From a virus (taxonomy: Duplodnaviria > Caudoviricetes): a stretch of 59,247 nucleotides of DNA. Shown here piece after piece: positions 26,167 to 38,300 of this stretch (the first letter of the stretch is position 1; each line of letters begins with the position of its first letter). The translations under genes were made by a program, and so were the position numbers. The stretch lies in the IMG/VR virus record IMGVR_UViG_3300021961_000105, positions 1-59,247 of that record; one strand, 5' to 3'. The notes under the pieces were generated by a model. It had not been told where the DNA came from. It worked only from the letters and a program-made list of their open reading frames with translations, and did no database searches.

Positions 26167-29100
26167 TTAGATAGTTGCAATAACTCGGAAATCTCTAATT
26201 TTTGGTACAAATGCTGAATTAGTACCAGTCATCAGAATTTTTATTTGGAATCCATTAAACTGTGGTAAATTAGATGCGGTAAATTCATAAGAATTGAAGT
26301 CATCTTCGGCTATAGAATTTGCAACTCTCCTATCTGGCCTTCCATTATTATTTGAAGGATTAATAACCTGAGAATTTGTATCCAGATTATCATATCCAGG
26401 GAATAGTTGCCAAAGTTGTGCTTGTTGTGGAGTATCTGATCTAAAAATTCTATAACATACTCTGATATCACTAGATGCGTGTTTAAAAGCATCAAAGAAT
26501 ACTTTCAAATTATCAGACACTTTATCAAGAGTAACGATGTTACTCAAATAAGTTGCCGCTGTAGGATCGTTTGCCAGTGAGTTTACTCTTGCATCAGTTG
26601 CATAATTTGTAACTTTGGAATTAATTCTATTGGCAACCGTAATAAGGCTTACTCTATCCAAATCAATCATTGGAGAAACTTTACTATCACTAGTGTCCAT
26701 TGCGATTTCCATTGTAAATGATTTCTTACCTGGAAAATCTGCAAGATATGTTTCTTCATTTATTTGAGAAGCAATAATTCTTGGAGAAGAAAATTCCGTA
26801 TTATCATTTAATGAAATATCTACAAATCCTTGGTCTACATATGAAGTCAAGTTACCGTCAGGAGAAGACCCACTGAAAGTTCTCACTTTTGCAGATATTG
26901 ATGTTTGTTGGGGTATCATTGTTGCAATATTTGGTCTAATAAGACTATATGGTATATTTTGAGTTGCTTTTGGTCCTTTTGGTGAACCAGTTAATGGAAC
27001 AGTGTCATATGATCCACAAGACTTATTGGAGTTAAAATATAGAGCTGGGTATCCAGCTCCATTTCCAGGAGTCCTATCAATACCAATACTACCAGTAGCA
27101 CTCATATCGACTTTAATATAATAATGATCCAAATCAGTTGGATAAGTTACCAAATCAGTGTCTGCAAAACTATGGGTTTTGTTTATTCTTCTTAGAGATA
27201 CTCCATTTAGTTCATATTTGAAGACCGAAGTCTCCAAAGAGTAACTTCCGGAATCAGTATTATCAATATTTCTAGTTATTCCTGTCAGACTATTAGTTGA
27301 CGTTACAATACCAGTATATTTTATAACTTCACTATCAATTAAAATATATCCTGGGTTTACAGAAGAAACTGGAACATTTTCAAAGCTCGTAAAGATTCCA
27401 ACATTGCTTACAGTAATACTGTTTGTAGATGTCGAGTTATATGATGCTTTGAGAGTTTGTGGTTTCTGATCTGGTTCAATACCAGTTATCGTAACCTTAT
27501 CAACCAAAGAATACATTCCATGATTATTATGACTTACTTTAAAGTGAAGTCCATCAGAAAGGTCTGTTATTGTGTTTACAGTCGCACCAGTAAGAAGAGA
27601 TGTTCCACTAGTACCAACATAGAATAGACTATCTGTATTATTTTGAGTTAGAGATCCTTGAACTCTATCAACTAACAATGAATTAAAGGATGAAATTACG
27701 CCAACGTTATTTGGAATACTCAGAATCAAGTTAGTTCCAAGTCCATCAGTTTGAGTATAATTTATTTCTAGGGAATCGCCATATGCATATCCAGTGCCAC
27801 CAATAGAAACAGTTGCAGCAATTGCAACACCATTATCAACACTTAGGTTGACTTTTCCGCCAAAACCACTACCTGTAATAGAAACCAAATCCACATTAGA
27901 ATAAGTTTTAAATGTAGAAGTGAATCCAATACCTGGTGATGTCACTGATAGTGTGCTACCAATTCCAATGGCTCCGACTACACTTCTTAAATTAGATTTA
28001 AATACTGAATTGTTACTTTGGAGTATTGGGCTTCCAGGAGTTAATCCAGTAACTTCTGAAGATGTCAAACTCTTTGCTAAACCAACCAAGGTTGACTTGG
28101 AAATAGTATCTAATGGATTAGCTCTTAAAGTTACAATTTGGTTATTACCAATATCAAGTTTAGGATTATAGAATCTAGCCGTGGATGGCTCTGTGACAAA
28201 ATCTGCTCTATAAAGAGTTAGTTTTAAGTCCTCTAATTGGCTAGGATCCCACGTAGCACCGTTTTGAGATTTAAAGAGAGATCCCAATAAAGGTTGTTGG
28301 GACACAACTACCTTCTGGGATTCGGGCAGATCTAATGTGGTTACATCTTCTTCGCCCATTCTTGATATCCATACTTTATATTCATTGGATGCAGAAAGAA
28401 GAACTACACAATATGAATTTCCAGTTTCAAGATATACTGGAGATGGGAAAGTGAATGTCGTTGGCGTCTTACCATCAGCAGATACTTTAACTTCACTTGG
28501 ATCTAAGATTACTTCACCGAATGGAATGATTGTTGTAGTTGGTAGACCAGTTTGCATAGTTCTGATTTGCATCGTAACTGGCAAATCATTGGTATCTTTT
28601 GCTTGGAAGAATATATCACACTTAGTTATAAAGACACCATTTTCATCTGGAACTTCAAAAGATTGTGCAAGGGGGTCAACCCATCTTGTTTGAGTTACGC
28701 TACGATTAGAGAATGAAGTTCCAGCCTGAAGTCTGGTATTTGTACTTGTCAGAGTTCTTTCTTCAGAACGATCTCGTCTTTCTACATCTGCATTTCTAGT
28801 TCGTAAAGTAACTTCTTCAGTATTGTTTAGTGTTCCCGATGATGTAAACTTAACATCAGCAGTACTGTCTGTAGAACCGACAATGGTCTCATTAGTCGAA
28901 CTTGTTGTGAGGACAAACGTTTTGGTTCCTGTTTCAAATGACGGTGTAGATTGTAGTTTGGAATCAGGAATAAAGATTGAACCAATCAAAGTACCAGAAG
29001 AATCGGTAATAAGTCTCACATTTTTTACTTTTGCAATTGCCTTAGAAGTTTTGCCTCTAAGTTGCATATTCTTAACAATATGTCCATAGTATCCAGAAGC

Positions 29101-32100
29101 AGATTGCAATTCTAAAGATGCAGTATCAACATTCAATATTGAAGATGTTGTGGAATATGATGCAGGAATCGTTTGATTGGGTTTATATGGATTTGATTTG
29201 TAGGTTTGTGTGGCTCTCTTATACGGACCATACTTATGATTTGGTGAAGCCAATCTGAATCGAATGGAAGTTGTACCAAGAGTTCCGGTTACAGTTTCCC
29301 CTACCTGGAACGTACCACTTTGCATTTCAATTTCAATAAGTTTGGGTACAACATACTTAGACATCATGACATCATCAAAGAACGGATAAAGTCGCGTCTT
29401 TGGCTTTAGTCTTCTTGCTATAAATTCAATATTTCTAGACCTCATCGTATGAATAATTTCAGTAGACACAACATTTTTACCAAGATATGCTGTATCAAAT
29501 CTTTCACCTACCTTATATTGAATACCATCTCTGGATTGTTTTGTAGTAGTTAATGTTGTTACATTCGTAAAATTAGTATATTGATCTCTAAACGTTGTTC
29601 TTGTTGTAATTGGAACTCCTCTTCCATGTTGGAATCCACCTCTACTTTCACTTCTACCAATTACTTTTGTGCCAACATGGATTCTTCCCATGTTTTGTCT
29701 GGCGACTACTCTCGTACCCGTCCAAGTGGTTTCCCAAGAGTTCCAATCAATTGGCGATAATCCAGTATTAGTATCAACGCCCAATTGTTTAATCGTTGAG
29801 TTATAGTTTCCTTCTTGATCTACGGTTCTCTTGGTATTTTTAGTTTCAACCCAAGTATCAGTACCTGGATTCAATTCTATATTACCAATCCAATTTACAA
29901 CGGCAAATGGATTGACATTTTCAATCCTGGTCGCAAATGTATTTTTAAGGAATACTTTATTAGTGTATTTCAAACAAACAACATCACCAACTTTAACAGT
30001 GTTTGGATTGCCCAAATCTTCGACAAATCTCAAATCTGCATCTGGATTTGAAGAATTGGAAGCACCAATTACAGCTTCAGATCCCAAAAGAAGATCTATT
30101 GAAGTAGTATAGTGTTGGGGTCGAAGTATACCATCTTTCGTATCAATACTACATTTATGTTGTGGGTCACCTAGAGATCCAGCATCGACAGATTTAAAAT
30201 TATCTACCAAGAAACCACACTTAAATCTATCCAGTTGAGTCTGAGAATCTCTTATTTTTAAATTCTTAGTGTCAGTTTCTAATAGAGATAGTGAAGTATA
30301 ATATTCCACATTTCTCAATCTATCTTCCAGTCTGGCAATATCTTGCATTCTATAACGTTTATGTGCAGATAATTGCACAGTCACATCATCTATACTATAA
30401 ACATAAGGTCTCATAGTAATAGTAGCCACCTCTAAAGCATTATCAACACCTGGAGGTTCAACTGGTGACAGAGATGGAACACCTTTTGATACAAAAAATT
30501 CTCCATATCTATTGAGATATAATTTATCCGTTCTTGCAAGATAATAATCATAAGATAAGAATAAATTTTTGTCTTTAGCAAAATTATATGGACTGGAATT
30601 AGTTGAAGCTAAAAACTGCCTTGCATTAAATTCAAATGGAGAGTATGGAGTTGTTGAACTATCATATGGAGCAACTCTAGGTCTAAGGTCAATAATATCA
30701 CTTCCTCTATAAATTCCAATCTGAGGAAGTTCTGTTGCATATCTATCCGCATCATAAGAGTTAACAGTTACAAAATCTCCATCATCATTAGGATCTATGT
30801 AATAATGATTATATACTATTTTTAATCTTTTCGATGGTGCGGTTACTCCACTTTTTCTCCTTAAAGAAGAAAAATCTGCTATTTCTTCCGTTTGTCCACT
30901 ATCAAAAATATAATCACCAATTATATTCCTATCACCCTCAATTAGTAAACTTATTTCAGCACTAATATTTGACTCATATAAACGAATCCTCTCTCCAACT
31001 TGGAAAGTGTTTTCATTAAAATATACAAACTCTATTTGATTTGTTCCATTAGTTGTAACAAATATTGCCATTGCCTCACTTGTTTCGCCATAAATGATTT
31101 CACCCTTGATAGCGTTTAAAATATTTGCATTTAGGTCAATGACTTCTATTTTTGGCAAATCTGCATCATTTTCATCAGAGGATTCATAAATTCCCGCAAC
31201 GTAAATTACATCTGGAACATTTAAAGATATTCTTTCATCTTGAACTCTTGTTCCATAATAAGGACTGTATGTTAATCCATCGGAAATAGTAGTGCTTCCT
31301 ATTCCAGAAGAAGTAGAACTAGAGTTTGCAATATTTAAAACTGAAGCCCTGTTGTAGATTTTTTTTCTAGACTTCAATCTTCTTTTCTTCAAAGTGGCTG
31401 TTAAAGTTGCTGGGCCATTTTGACTTAGATTTGTAAGTGTTAAAGTCCTTCCAGAAGTAATAGTAAATTGACCAGAAGTTAAAGTCTCAATAGTTCCATC
31501 ATTGAAAACTAAAGAATAGTCTTCTTCATCAAATTGTTCCAAAGTAATATCGGTATCACTTTCTAAAGTTGCTGTTAAACCATTAGAAGCAACTGTAACT
31601 GAATATGATTTTCTAAAAACTATTTCTCCCTCAGATACATCAACACTAGCAACATTGGAATTGTCGAGTTCCGTAAAATAATAAGCCTCTCTAGTGTTTA
31701 TTAATGCAGAAATACCTTTATACAAATTAGTAGTTTCTACTTCACTAGTTGGCAGAGCACCAATACTAACGCCAGATACAGTTGTAGTCGCTTCAAGTTT
31801 TATAGATCTTCCAGAAGCATTTACTTCTGTTACTCTATTATAAGTTGGTCTAACTTGTCCACGTTTTGTATAAACAAAAATATCACCAGTATTAATTCCA
31901 ACACCAAAAGTAGAAACCGATGTGGTTACTGTACTTATTCCACCAGAGGCCGCAGAAATTGTATATTCAGAGTTTTGTGGCCCAAGTGCAATTCCTTGAT
32001 TAATTATAGTGTCGGATGTAAATGATGTGGTGGCTCCAACATAGCCAACGAGTTGTCTTACATCACCTAGAGTATAATCTCTAACTGCAGTAATAGTTCT

Positions 32101-33690
32101 AGAAATATCTTCTCCGTCTACTTGCAACTGTTCGCCAACAGTGAAATTTCCTACTCCTTGATATAATACTAATTGATTACTATTAGTAACATTAGAAACT
32201 AGGAATCCAGATGCAGAACTATTTTTTCCTTCAATGAAAGCTGGTGCAGTCAAAGATATAGTTGCATTTAACTGTACATAAGTATATGTCTGTAAATCAA
32301 ATGCAGATAGTTCAAAGATAGTGCTAGCATCTTCATATTCTGCATTTTTTAATTTAAGATCATAGACTCTACCAATTCCAATAGGAATTCCTGATGGAAG
32401 TCCTGGGGTTACTGTTCTTTCAGAATATAAGGTTACCTGACTGCTGGCACCAAATCCAACAGGCAAAGTTCCATAAACATTGTTTATTTCTACTTGATTT
32501 CCAAGACTAAATGGAACTGTCGTGTCTTTAACACTTTCAGTTGTTCTTGGTTTTTCTAAGTCTGCGTTTATTGTTAAAAGAGTCTCTACTTCATATCCTT
32601 TTACATATGCCTTTCCTGGAGATATTTGCAGTGCCAATAGATCATTAGATGGAGTATTTCCTTCTCTAGTTAACTGTCCTAGACTATATACGCCATTATT
32701 TCCTACTTTATCATTTAAAGATTCTTTAGCGACTACCTGAAATGGTTTTACATAATAATCTCCAGATTCATCATTAGTTCTTCTCGCTAATTCATCTGTT
32801 ATTAAAGTAGATACTTGTTCTTTTTTTGGAATTCTTTTAATGATACCATTTTCAATTCTGAGCAATTCTACAAAATTTTCATCATTAAAATCTTCCAGTG
32901 ACTTTTTAATTAGAGTTGCAGTAATTCTTAATCTGTCAGCACCAGGAGCTGCAAAGTTAGAAAATCCTCTTGCATTATCAAACAAATCTTCATTTGATTG
33001 AGATGGTACAGCAATATCTTCAAAAATAGAAAGTCCAACCCTGTAAGAAGGAGTATTGCTATATTGATCTAATATTACAGCTTGTGAGAATACATCTACA
33101 AAAAATCCTCGTATAAAATATACACCTTCTTCTATTTTTACAGCAGATCCAGTAGCTATAGAACCTTCAATGACAGAAGTAGCAAATGAAGATTCTGTCC
33201 TGATAACACCAAGACCATAATCTACATCTTCCAATACAATGAGATTTTCACCATCCACAAAAGTACTTGTGGAAAAATTTTCTTCACTTGCACTCTGATA
33301 CTTTATATACAAAGTATAATTATCTTTTTCAGACGTTTCGCTATCAATATATCTTTCTACCTTAGCAAAAACTCCACTTGTTTCACCCTTAATTCTTTTT
33401 CCTATCAAATATTCCAGATATGTAGATACTGGAATGCCCAAGTGGGTTGGATCAATTTGGACACATGTGTACTCAGAATCATAAGCAGTATTTCCTGGAA
33501 TTACTACTTGACCCTCTTTAAAAAAGTGTTTACCAAATTTTTCAACTTGATTTTGGAGAATTGACTGTAATGTTGTCAATTCTCTGGCTTGAATTGGAGT
33601 TCCTGGCTTAAATAAGACTCGTTGATAATTTCTAGTTACATCAAAATCGTCAAAATATGGGGATGTGTTTAGATTTGTATTTTGTGCCAT
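26167..33690 (-). CDS. Large virion structural protein, VrlC-like / DUF4815 family
   Basis: NLNTSPYFDDFD...RVLFKPG.PIQARELTTLQSILQNQ, APGADRL, ELARRT.DESGDY, DPLAQSF, GSLFKSQN..TW motifs; follows g8. Confidence 0.85.
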   Translation of the reverse strand: MAQNTNLNTSPYFDDFDVTRNYQRVLFKPGTPIQARELTTLQSILQNQVEKFGKHFFKEGQVVIPGNTAYDSEYTCVQIDPTHLGIPVSTYLEYLIGKRIKGETSGVFAKVERYIDSETSEKDNYTLYIKYQSASEENFSTSTFVDGENLIVLEDVDYGLGVIRTESSFATSVIEGSIATGSAVKIEEGVYFIRGFFVDVFSQAVILDQYSNTPSYRVGLSIFEDIAVPSQSNEDLFDNARGFSNFAAPGADRLRITATLIKKSLEDFNDENFVELLRIENGIIKRIPKKEQVSTLITDELARRTNDESGDYYVKPFQVVAKESLNDKVGNNGVYSLGQLTREGNTPSNDLLALQISPGKAYVKGYEVETLLTINADLEKPRTTESVKDTTVPFSLGNQVEINNVYGTLPVGFGASSQVTLYSERTVTPGLPSGIPIGIGRVYDLKLKNAEYEDASTIFELSAFDLQTYTYVQLNATISLTAPAFIEGKNSSASGFLVSNVTNSNQLVLYQGVGNFTVGEQLQVDGEDISRTITAVRDYTLGDVRQLVGYVGATTSFTSDTIINQGIALGPQNSEYTISAASGGISTVTTSVSTFGVGINTGDIFVYTKRGQVRPTYNRVTEVNASGRSIKLEATTTVSGVSIGALPTSEVETTNLYKGISALINTREAYYFTELDNSNVASVDVSEGEIVFRKSYSVTVASNGLTATLESDTDITLEQFDEEDYSLVFNDGTIETLTSGQFTITSGRTLTLTNLSQNGPATLTATLKKRRLKSRKKIYNRASVLNIANSSSTSSGIGSTTISDGLTYSPYYGTRVQDERISLNVPDVIYVAGIYESSDENDADLPKIEVIDLNANILNAIKGEIIYGETSEAMAIFVTTNGTNQIEFVYFNENTFQVGERIRLYESNISAEISLLIEGDRNIIGDYIFDSGQTEEIADFSSLRRKSGVTAPSKRLKIVYNHYYIDPNDDGDFVTVNSYDADRYATELPQIGIYRGSDIIDLRPRVAPYDSSTTPYSPFEFNARQFLASTNSSPYNFAKDKNLFLSYDYYLARTDKLYLNRYGEFFVSKGVPSLSPVEPPGVDNALEVATITMRPYVYSIDDVTVQLSAHKRYRMQDIARLEDRLRNVEYYTSLSLLETDTKNLKIRDSQTQLDRFKCGFLVDNFKSVDAGSLGDPQHKCSIDTKDGILRPQHYTTSIDLLLGSEAVIGASNSSNPDADLRFVEDLGNPNTVKVGDVVCLKYTNKVFLKNTFATRIENVNPFAVVNWIGNIELNPGTDTWVETKNTKRTVDQEGNYNSTIKQLGVDTNTGLSPIDWNSWETTWTGTRVVARQNMGRIHVGTKVIGRSESRGGFQHGRGVPITTRTTFRDQYTNFTNVTTLTTTKQSRDGIQYKVGERFDTAYLGKNVVSTEIIHTMRSRNIEFIARRLKPKTRLYPFFDDVMMSKYVVPKLIEIEMQSGTFQVGETVTGTLGTTSIRFRLASPNHKYGPYKRATQTYKSNPYKPNQTIPASYSTTSSILNVDTASLELQSASGYYGHIVKNMQLRGKTSKAIAKVKNVRLITDSSGTLIGSIFIPDSKLQSTPSFETGTKTFVLTTSSTNETIVGSTDSTADVKFTSSGTLNNTEEVTLRTRNADVERRDRSEERTLTSTNTRLQAGTSFSNRSVTQTRWVDPLAQSFEVPDENGVFITKCDIFFQAKDTNDLPVTMQIRTMQTGLPTTTIIPFGEVILDPSEVKVSADGKTPTTFTFPSPVYLETGNSYCVVLLSASNEYKVWISRMGEEDVTTLDLPESQKVVVSQQPLLGSLFKSQNGATWDPSQLEDLKLTLYRADFVTEPSTARFYNPKLDIGNNQIVTLRANPLDTISKSTLVGLAKSLTSSEVTGLTPGSPILQSNNSVFKSNLRSVVGAIGIGSTLSVTSPGIGFTSTFKTYSNVDLVSITGSGFGGKVNLSVDNGVAIAATVSIGGTGYAYGDSLEINYTQTDGLGTNLILSIPNNVGVISSFNSLLVDRVQGSLTQNNTDSLFYVGTSGTSLLTGATVNTITDLSDGLHFKVSHNNHGMYSLVDKVTITGIEPDQKPQTLKASYNSTSTNSITVSNVGIFTSFENVPVSSVNPGYILIDSEVIKYTGIVTSTNSLTGITRNIDNTDSGSYSLETSVFKYELNGVSLRRINKTHSFADTDLVTYPTDLDHYYIKVDMSATGSIGIDRTPGNGAGYPALYFNSNKSCGSYDTVPLTGSPKGPKATQNIPYSLIRPNIATMIPQQTSISAKVRTFSGSSPDGNLTSYVDQGFVDISLNDNTEFSSPRIIASQINEETYLADFPGKKSFTMEIAMDTSDSKVSPMIDLDRVSLITVANRINSKVTNYATDARVNSLANDPTAATYLSNIVTLDKVSDNLKVFFDAFKHASSDIRVCYRIFRSDTPQQAQLWQLFPGYDNLDTNSQVINPSNNNGRPDRRVANSIAEDDFNSYEFTASNLPQFNGFQIKILMTGTNSAFVPKIRDFRVIATI

Positions 33691-33696
33691 TTTTAT

Positions 33697-35292
33697 TTAA
33701 AACTCCAATACAATTTTAATGTCTTCTTTTTGGTTGGCAGATCTCGGAATAGGTTGTCTATTATCCAAGTAAATAACATCCCCAGATTTTTTCTCATACT
33801 CAGCGGTAGAAATTCCAGATACGAAATCTTGTCCTAACTGGTATATTCTATTATTTATTGTCGTAGTGACACCACTAAAACCTGTGTTAATTTGCAATGT
33901 TGGACCGATTATGGAAGAACAATTGATTGTTACTCCATATCCAACGTCTGGAGTTGAAGTAAATGGAATAATTTTAAATCCAGTTTCACTTGAAGCTAGT
34001 CCTGTTGGTTGATAATATTTTAATACTCCAGTTATTGGATCCCAGGATGCAACATATCCAATAGCAGTTGATCCTAAACCTACAGTCTGTTTGATTACCG
34101 AATCAACACCATAAGTTGTATTTGTAGTAACACCAGCTAATTTCAGAGCATTCAATCCACTTACAACTGATGCATCTAAAAGTTGGACGTTACTTCCCAC
34201 CACTGTTGGATTTTTTAATATTCCAACCCTAGCAAAATCATTACCCAAAATAATATCTGGATTACTTTCCAATGTTTCATATCTGGAATACAACAATACT
34301 CTATATGCACCAAGTTCCCTATAAACATCATAGCCATGGCCACCTTTTGGTGGAATGATAACATTAAAGGATGATATGGAAGTAGTTCCAATTCCAGTAT
34401 TACTTAACTGACTTAATGGACCATTAATATCAGATCCTGGAGCTCCTGGATAGAATTCTACAGTTCCATAAGTATAACCCTTACCCCCATCCGTGACAAA
34501 AACTTCAGATACTTTACCAAAAGAATCAATTGTAATAGTGGCCTTTCCCCCAGTTCCATCACCAAGAATCGGAACATTTGAGAACGACGTAGAAATTGGC
34601 TGATAATTTGAACCTCTATTATTAATCAGAACAACTTCTATCTTTCCATCAACAGCGTTATTTTTTGTTGCAATCGATTCTCCAGAATCTCCCCAACTAT
34701 CTGGAACTGGAATATATTCAATAGAATCAAATTTTACAATCTCAGATGGTTTAATAGTATACAAGTACTTCCAAATATATCCATCACCACTAGCACCAGC
34801 AGCTCTTGCCTCTAAATCAATAAAAGTTGGTTGGTCAAAAGACGGTCTTCCTTTAGGATTTTCTGGGTCTGTTCCATTCTGCAAACAAATATAAACTCTC
34901 AGATCTTCATTTATGACATAATAATTTGCTTCATAAAGTCCGGTCTGTGAAGTAACTGGAGTTACATTAAAAACATTATAGTCATGTCTATACATTTCAT
35001 AAGTATTTCCTGCAACCCAGTTTACTTTTCTAACTAATCTCCGTACATCTTGACTTGTTATTTGTTTCAGAGATATAATACTTTCTTTAACTTGATACTC
35101 CTCTCTAAATCCATCCACTGGAGATGGAGTATTAGAGGACCACGTTGGTGATCCACCAGCAGCTGGTTGGTTGCTGTTCGGAAGTCCAATAAAAGTATAA
35201 TACCTATTTGATGTGTCACCTACTCCAGAAACACTTTTTACAAAGTTTTCTGCATTTAAAATTCTAAATTGGTCGGATATTATAGCGGGCAT
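33697..35292 (-). CDS. g8: Baseplate wedge subunit gp8
   Basis: MPAIISDQFRILNA, W..G.TYEMY.HDY, YYVIN...VY.CL.NG, DGYIWKYLYT, PPKGGHG.D, Y.DNR..I.R...QKEDIKIVLEF. Confidence 0.9.
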   Translation of the reverse strand: MPAIISDQFRILNAENFVKSVSGVGDTSNRYYTFIGLPNSNQPAAGGSPTWSSNTPSPVDGFREEYQVKESIISLKQITSQDVRRLVRKVNWVAGNTYEMYRHDYNVFNVTPVTSQTGLYEANYYVINEDLRVYICLQNGTDPENPKGRPSFDQPTFIDLEARAAGASGDGYIWKYLYTIKPSEIVKFDSIEYIPVPDSWGDSGESIATKNNAVDGKIEVVLINNRGSNYQPISTSFSNVPILGDGTGGKATITIDSFGKVSEVFVTDGGKGYTYGTVEFYPGAPGSDINGPLSQLSNTGIGTTSISSFNVIIPPKGGHGYDVYRELGAYRVLLYSRYETLESNPDIILGNDFARVGILKNPTVVGSNVQLLDASVVSGLNALKLAGVTTNTTYGVDSVIKQTVGLGSTAIGYVASWDPITGVLKYYQPTGLASSETGFKIIPFTSTPDVGYGVTINCSSIIGPTLQINTGFSGVTTTINNRIYQLGQDFVSGISTAEYEKKSGDVIYLDNRQPIPRSANQKEDIKIVLEF

Positions 35293-35311
35293 TGTTAAAT
35301 AGACTTTTTTT

Positions 35312-35318
35312 TATTTAG
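35312..35318 (-). promoter_or_regulatory. Late promoter box CTAAATA for g8
   Basis: tatttag 20 nt upstream of the g8 ATG. Confidence 0.6.
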
Positions 35319-35325
35319 TCACCTT

Positions 35326-38300
35326 TTATTGACTAACCACATTTCTTGTTCTCATAATCTTAGGAGATGTGGATAATCCTGTAAGTCCATTGTCGGTAAA
35401 GACATCAAAAGTTTTTGGATTTCCTAAAATTCTATTTTGGTAATCATAAATTTTAGCCCAACTATATCTTCCATAATATCCATTTGTATTAATTCCAGTT
35501 TCATTTTCACCTCTAGAATAGACTTTGACATAGTTATCTACCATAGGAGCAAAGTTACATGTCACAGTAACTATACCAATAGAAGGTGTGGTGACATCTT
35601 CTACTCTATAAACACCATCTATGAATTGTGTAGCAACTCCAATAACGGAATCTGGGTAACTGGCCATTCCCCCAAGTAATGTAGATATTCCGATTAGATT
35701 TCCACCAGTTTCAACGTTACTATCTGTAATGACAAAATAATCACCCTTGGACAATTGACTGTTCGTAACTCCTAAAACATTGAGTGATGAATATCCAATA
35801 CCTAGAGTACTATTATCATATTGTTCAGATTTCAAGGTAAAGGAAATTTTTGGAGATGTTGTTCCAATTCCTGGTGTTCCACTTAGATATGTTTGAATGC
35901 CAATAATAGTTCCAAAATCTCCCACAACTTTAAATGATTTAACAGTTTCTGTCTTATAAGTGTCCAATTCCACCAAAGTTGGAGGTGGGTTGGTTGGATC
36001 ATAACCAAATCCTGGATTATCAATTTGGATAGAAGTGACAACTCCAGAAGTAACACTGGAAGTAGCAGTTGCTCTATTAAGAACAGGTTCTGCATATATT
36101 GATGTTGCACCAGCTCCAACAGCTACATATCTACCATCTGATCCAAGATTGTCTACAAAAGCAAAATCATTTAATAAATTGGATTGATTTGTTGATCTGT
36201 AAATCCAATCAGATAAATCGAAGGAATAATATAAATCTCCACTGGAGAGTGTAATAATATAGAATCCATAAGCATAGTGAATATTTGTAATATCGGAAAC
36301 TCCAAGATTGTTTGTAATAATTTCATAGGTATCTCTCGTGAGATTGCGTATAACTTTTCCATTATTGCCAACTGCGACGAACTTCCCATTAGCGTAAATT
36401 ACTTTATTTAAATTGGTGACAACTGGAGAAGATGCAGTTTCCCAAATAAAACCATTATTGGAAGTTCTAATAACACCATCTGCACCAACTGCAACAAAAT
36501 ATTCTGCACCAAATGCAACACTATTAAGATCAGAAAGAGTGGAGGAGAATCTGCTTGTAAATGCGTCAGTAGTAACTCCAGTAGCAACAAATATAGATCC
36601 TGCAGCTCCAACAGCTACCCAACTATCCGTAACACTAGAATATGCAATTTCATTAAATGATCCAGTGTACCCACTACCTACTTGACCAACAACACCAAAA
36701 CCAGGAAGAGCAACATCTTCTTTCAGAGGAATTTGTTCCCAAACTGAAGTAGAAGTATTGTAGTCTGTTGCTTTTACAATTTTTCCAAGACTGCCAACAG
36801 AAACCAATAAATTACTTGTACCGATGCCAACAGATTCAATAGAATTGAAGTCCAAACTTTCAGTTTGGCCAAATCCAACCGTACCTAATTGCCAATTTAT
36901 TCCATCATAACTTGTTGCATAGATAGCACTGGCTCCAACAGAAACAAATCTATCATTAAATTTAACAGATTTTAAATCATAAGTTGTTGTTAATCCAACT
37001 CCACCATTCCAGTTAAAGATAGGATCTTTTTGGGTAATGGAGGTTTCAGAAATTACGACTTTTGGTGATAATGTATTTGCATAACCAATTCCACCATCTA
37101 AAATATTGATAGAAGTAACTGTGGATGAGGAAGAAACTACGGACTCAACAACACATTGTTCAACTGTTTTATTTTCTAGTATCAATAAATCTCTAATATC
37201 TTCAGAGAGATTATCAACATCAGAAAATAGTGGATAAGCGTTATCAACATAAATTGATGTATCATCCGGTTGAATCTTTTTAATTACTGTAGCAAAAGGT
37301 TTAACTCCACTCTGCAAACTTGGTCTAGACTTAGAATAAAGTGTTCCATTGATAACGGTATCGTTAAGTTGTTTTTTCCATGTCAATGGTCTCACTCTTG
37401 TTGGATCAGTAATAATACCAACAGAATAATAATTGAAAGTTTCTAGTTGATCTGAGGTAACAATCTTTTTAACAACTCTATCAAACTGTGAAATATCATA
37501 GGGGTCTAGTGGATTCTCCTGAATGGTAATGTTATCACCTGTTTTAATTGTCTTTGGTGGATCGACCAACTCAACGTCAACTGAAGATCCCCTATAGTAA
37601 AGGATAACACACTTTGATCCAGCTTTTGGAGCCTCAGTGAAAGTTATTCTACTTCCAGAGAATGAATATGATGTACCAGGAACCTGAAGTACGTCATTAA
37701 TGTATATAAAGATGTTATTAGTTATATCTAAATCAGTTCCATCCGGAACTTTAAGTCCTATAACAGTTCTTACGCCATTAAGAGTAGTTGCAAGTGTAAA
37801 CTTCTTCCTAAATCCATTAAAGAATGAAGAAATATCATCGAATTGTATAAACTGACCTGGATAGAAACCAGCAAATGTATCGGTTTGTACCTCTTCAACT
37901 GTCAAAATGAAAGGTTCATATTGTTTGAATGTTACTATTCCACCTTGAGTGTAATAGTGTGGTATTGTTGAAATAGAACCAGCTAGAACAGTAAATTGAT
38001 TAGTAGATCCAATAGAAACTACTCTAAAGTCTCTAGCTCCATCAGTGCTATCATCAGTATATTTTAAAACTCTTTGAACCGTTGGAACTTTCTTGGTATA
38101 TCCACCACCAGTGTAATAATGTACAATAGTGGATATTCCAGCAAGGAATTCAAATTCTGTTGCACTATTAACAGCGGTAACGGTGAAAGTGTAACCATAT
38201 TCGGAGGTTCCATCTGGGAAAATCGTTGTAGTTAGTCCAACATATGCCGAATCACAAGTAAATGCAAGTCCAGCTAGAGTTACCTTATCGCCAACCGCAA

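Noticed and set aside
33694-33700. TTAAATA late-promoter-like box before the VrlC-like gene
   Set aside because: Only 3 nt from the ATG and coincides with the g8 stop codon; too close to act as its promoter
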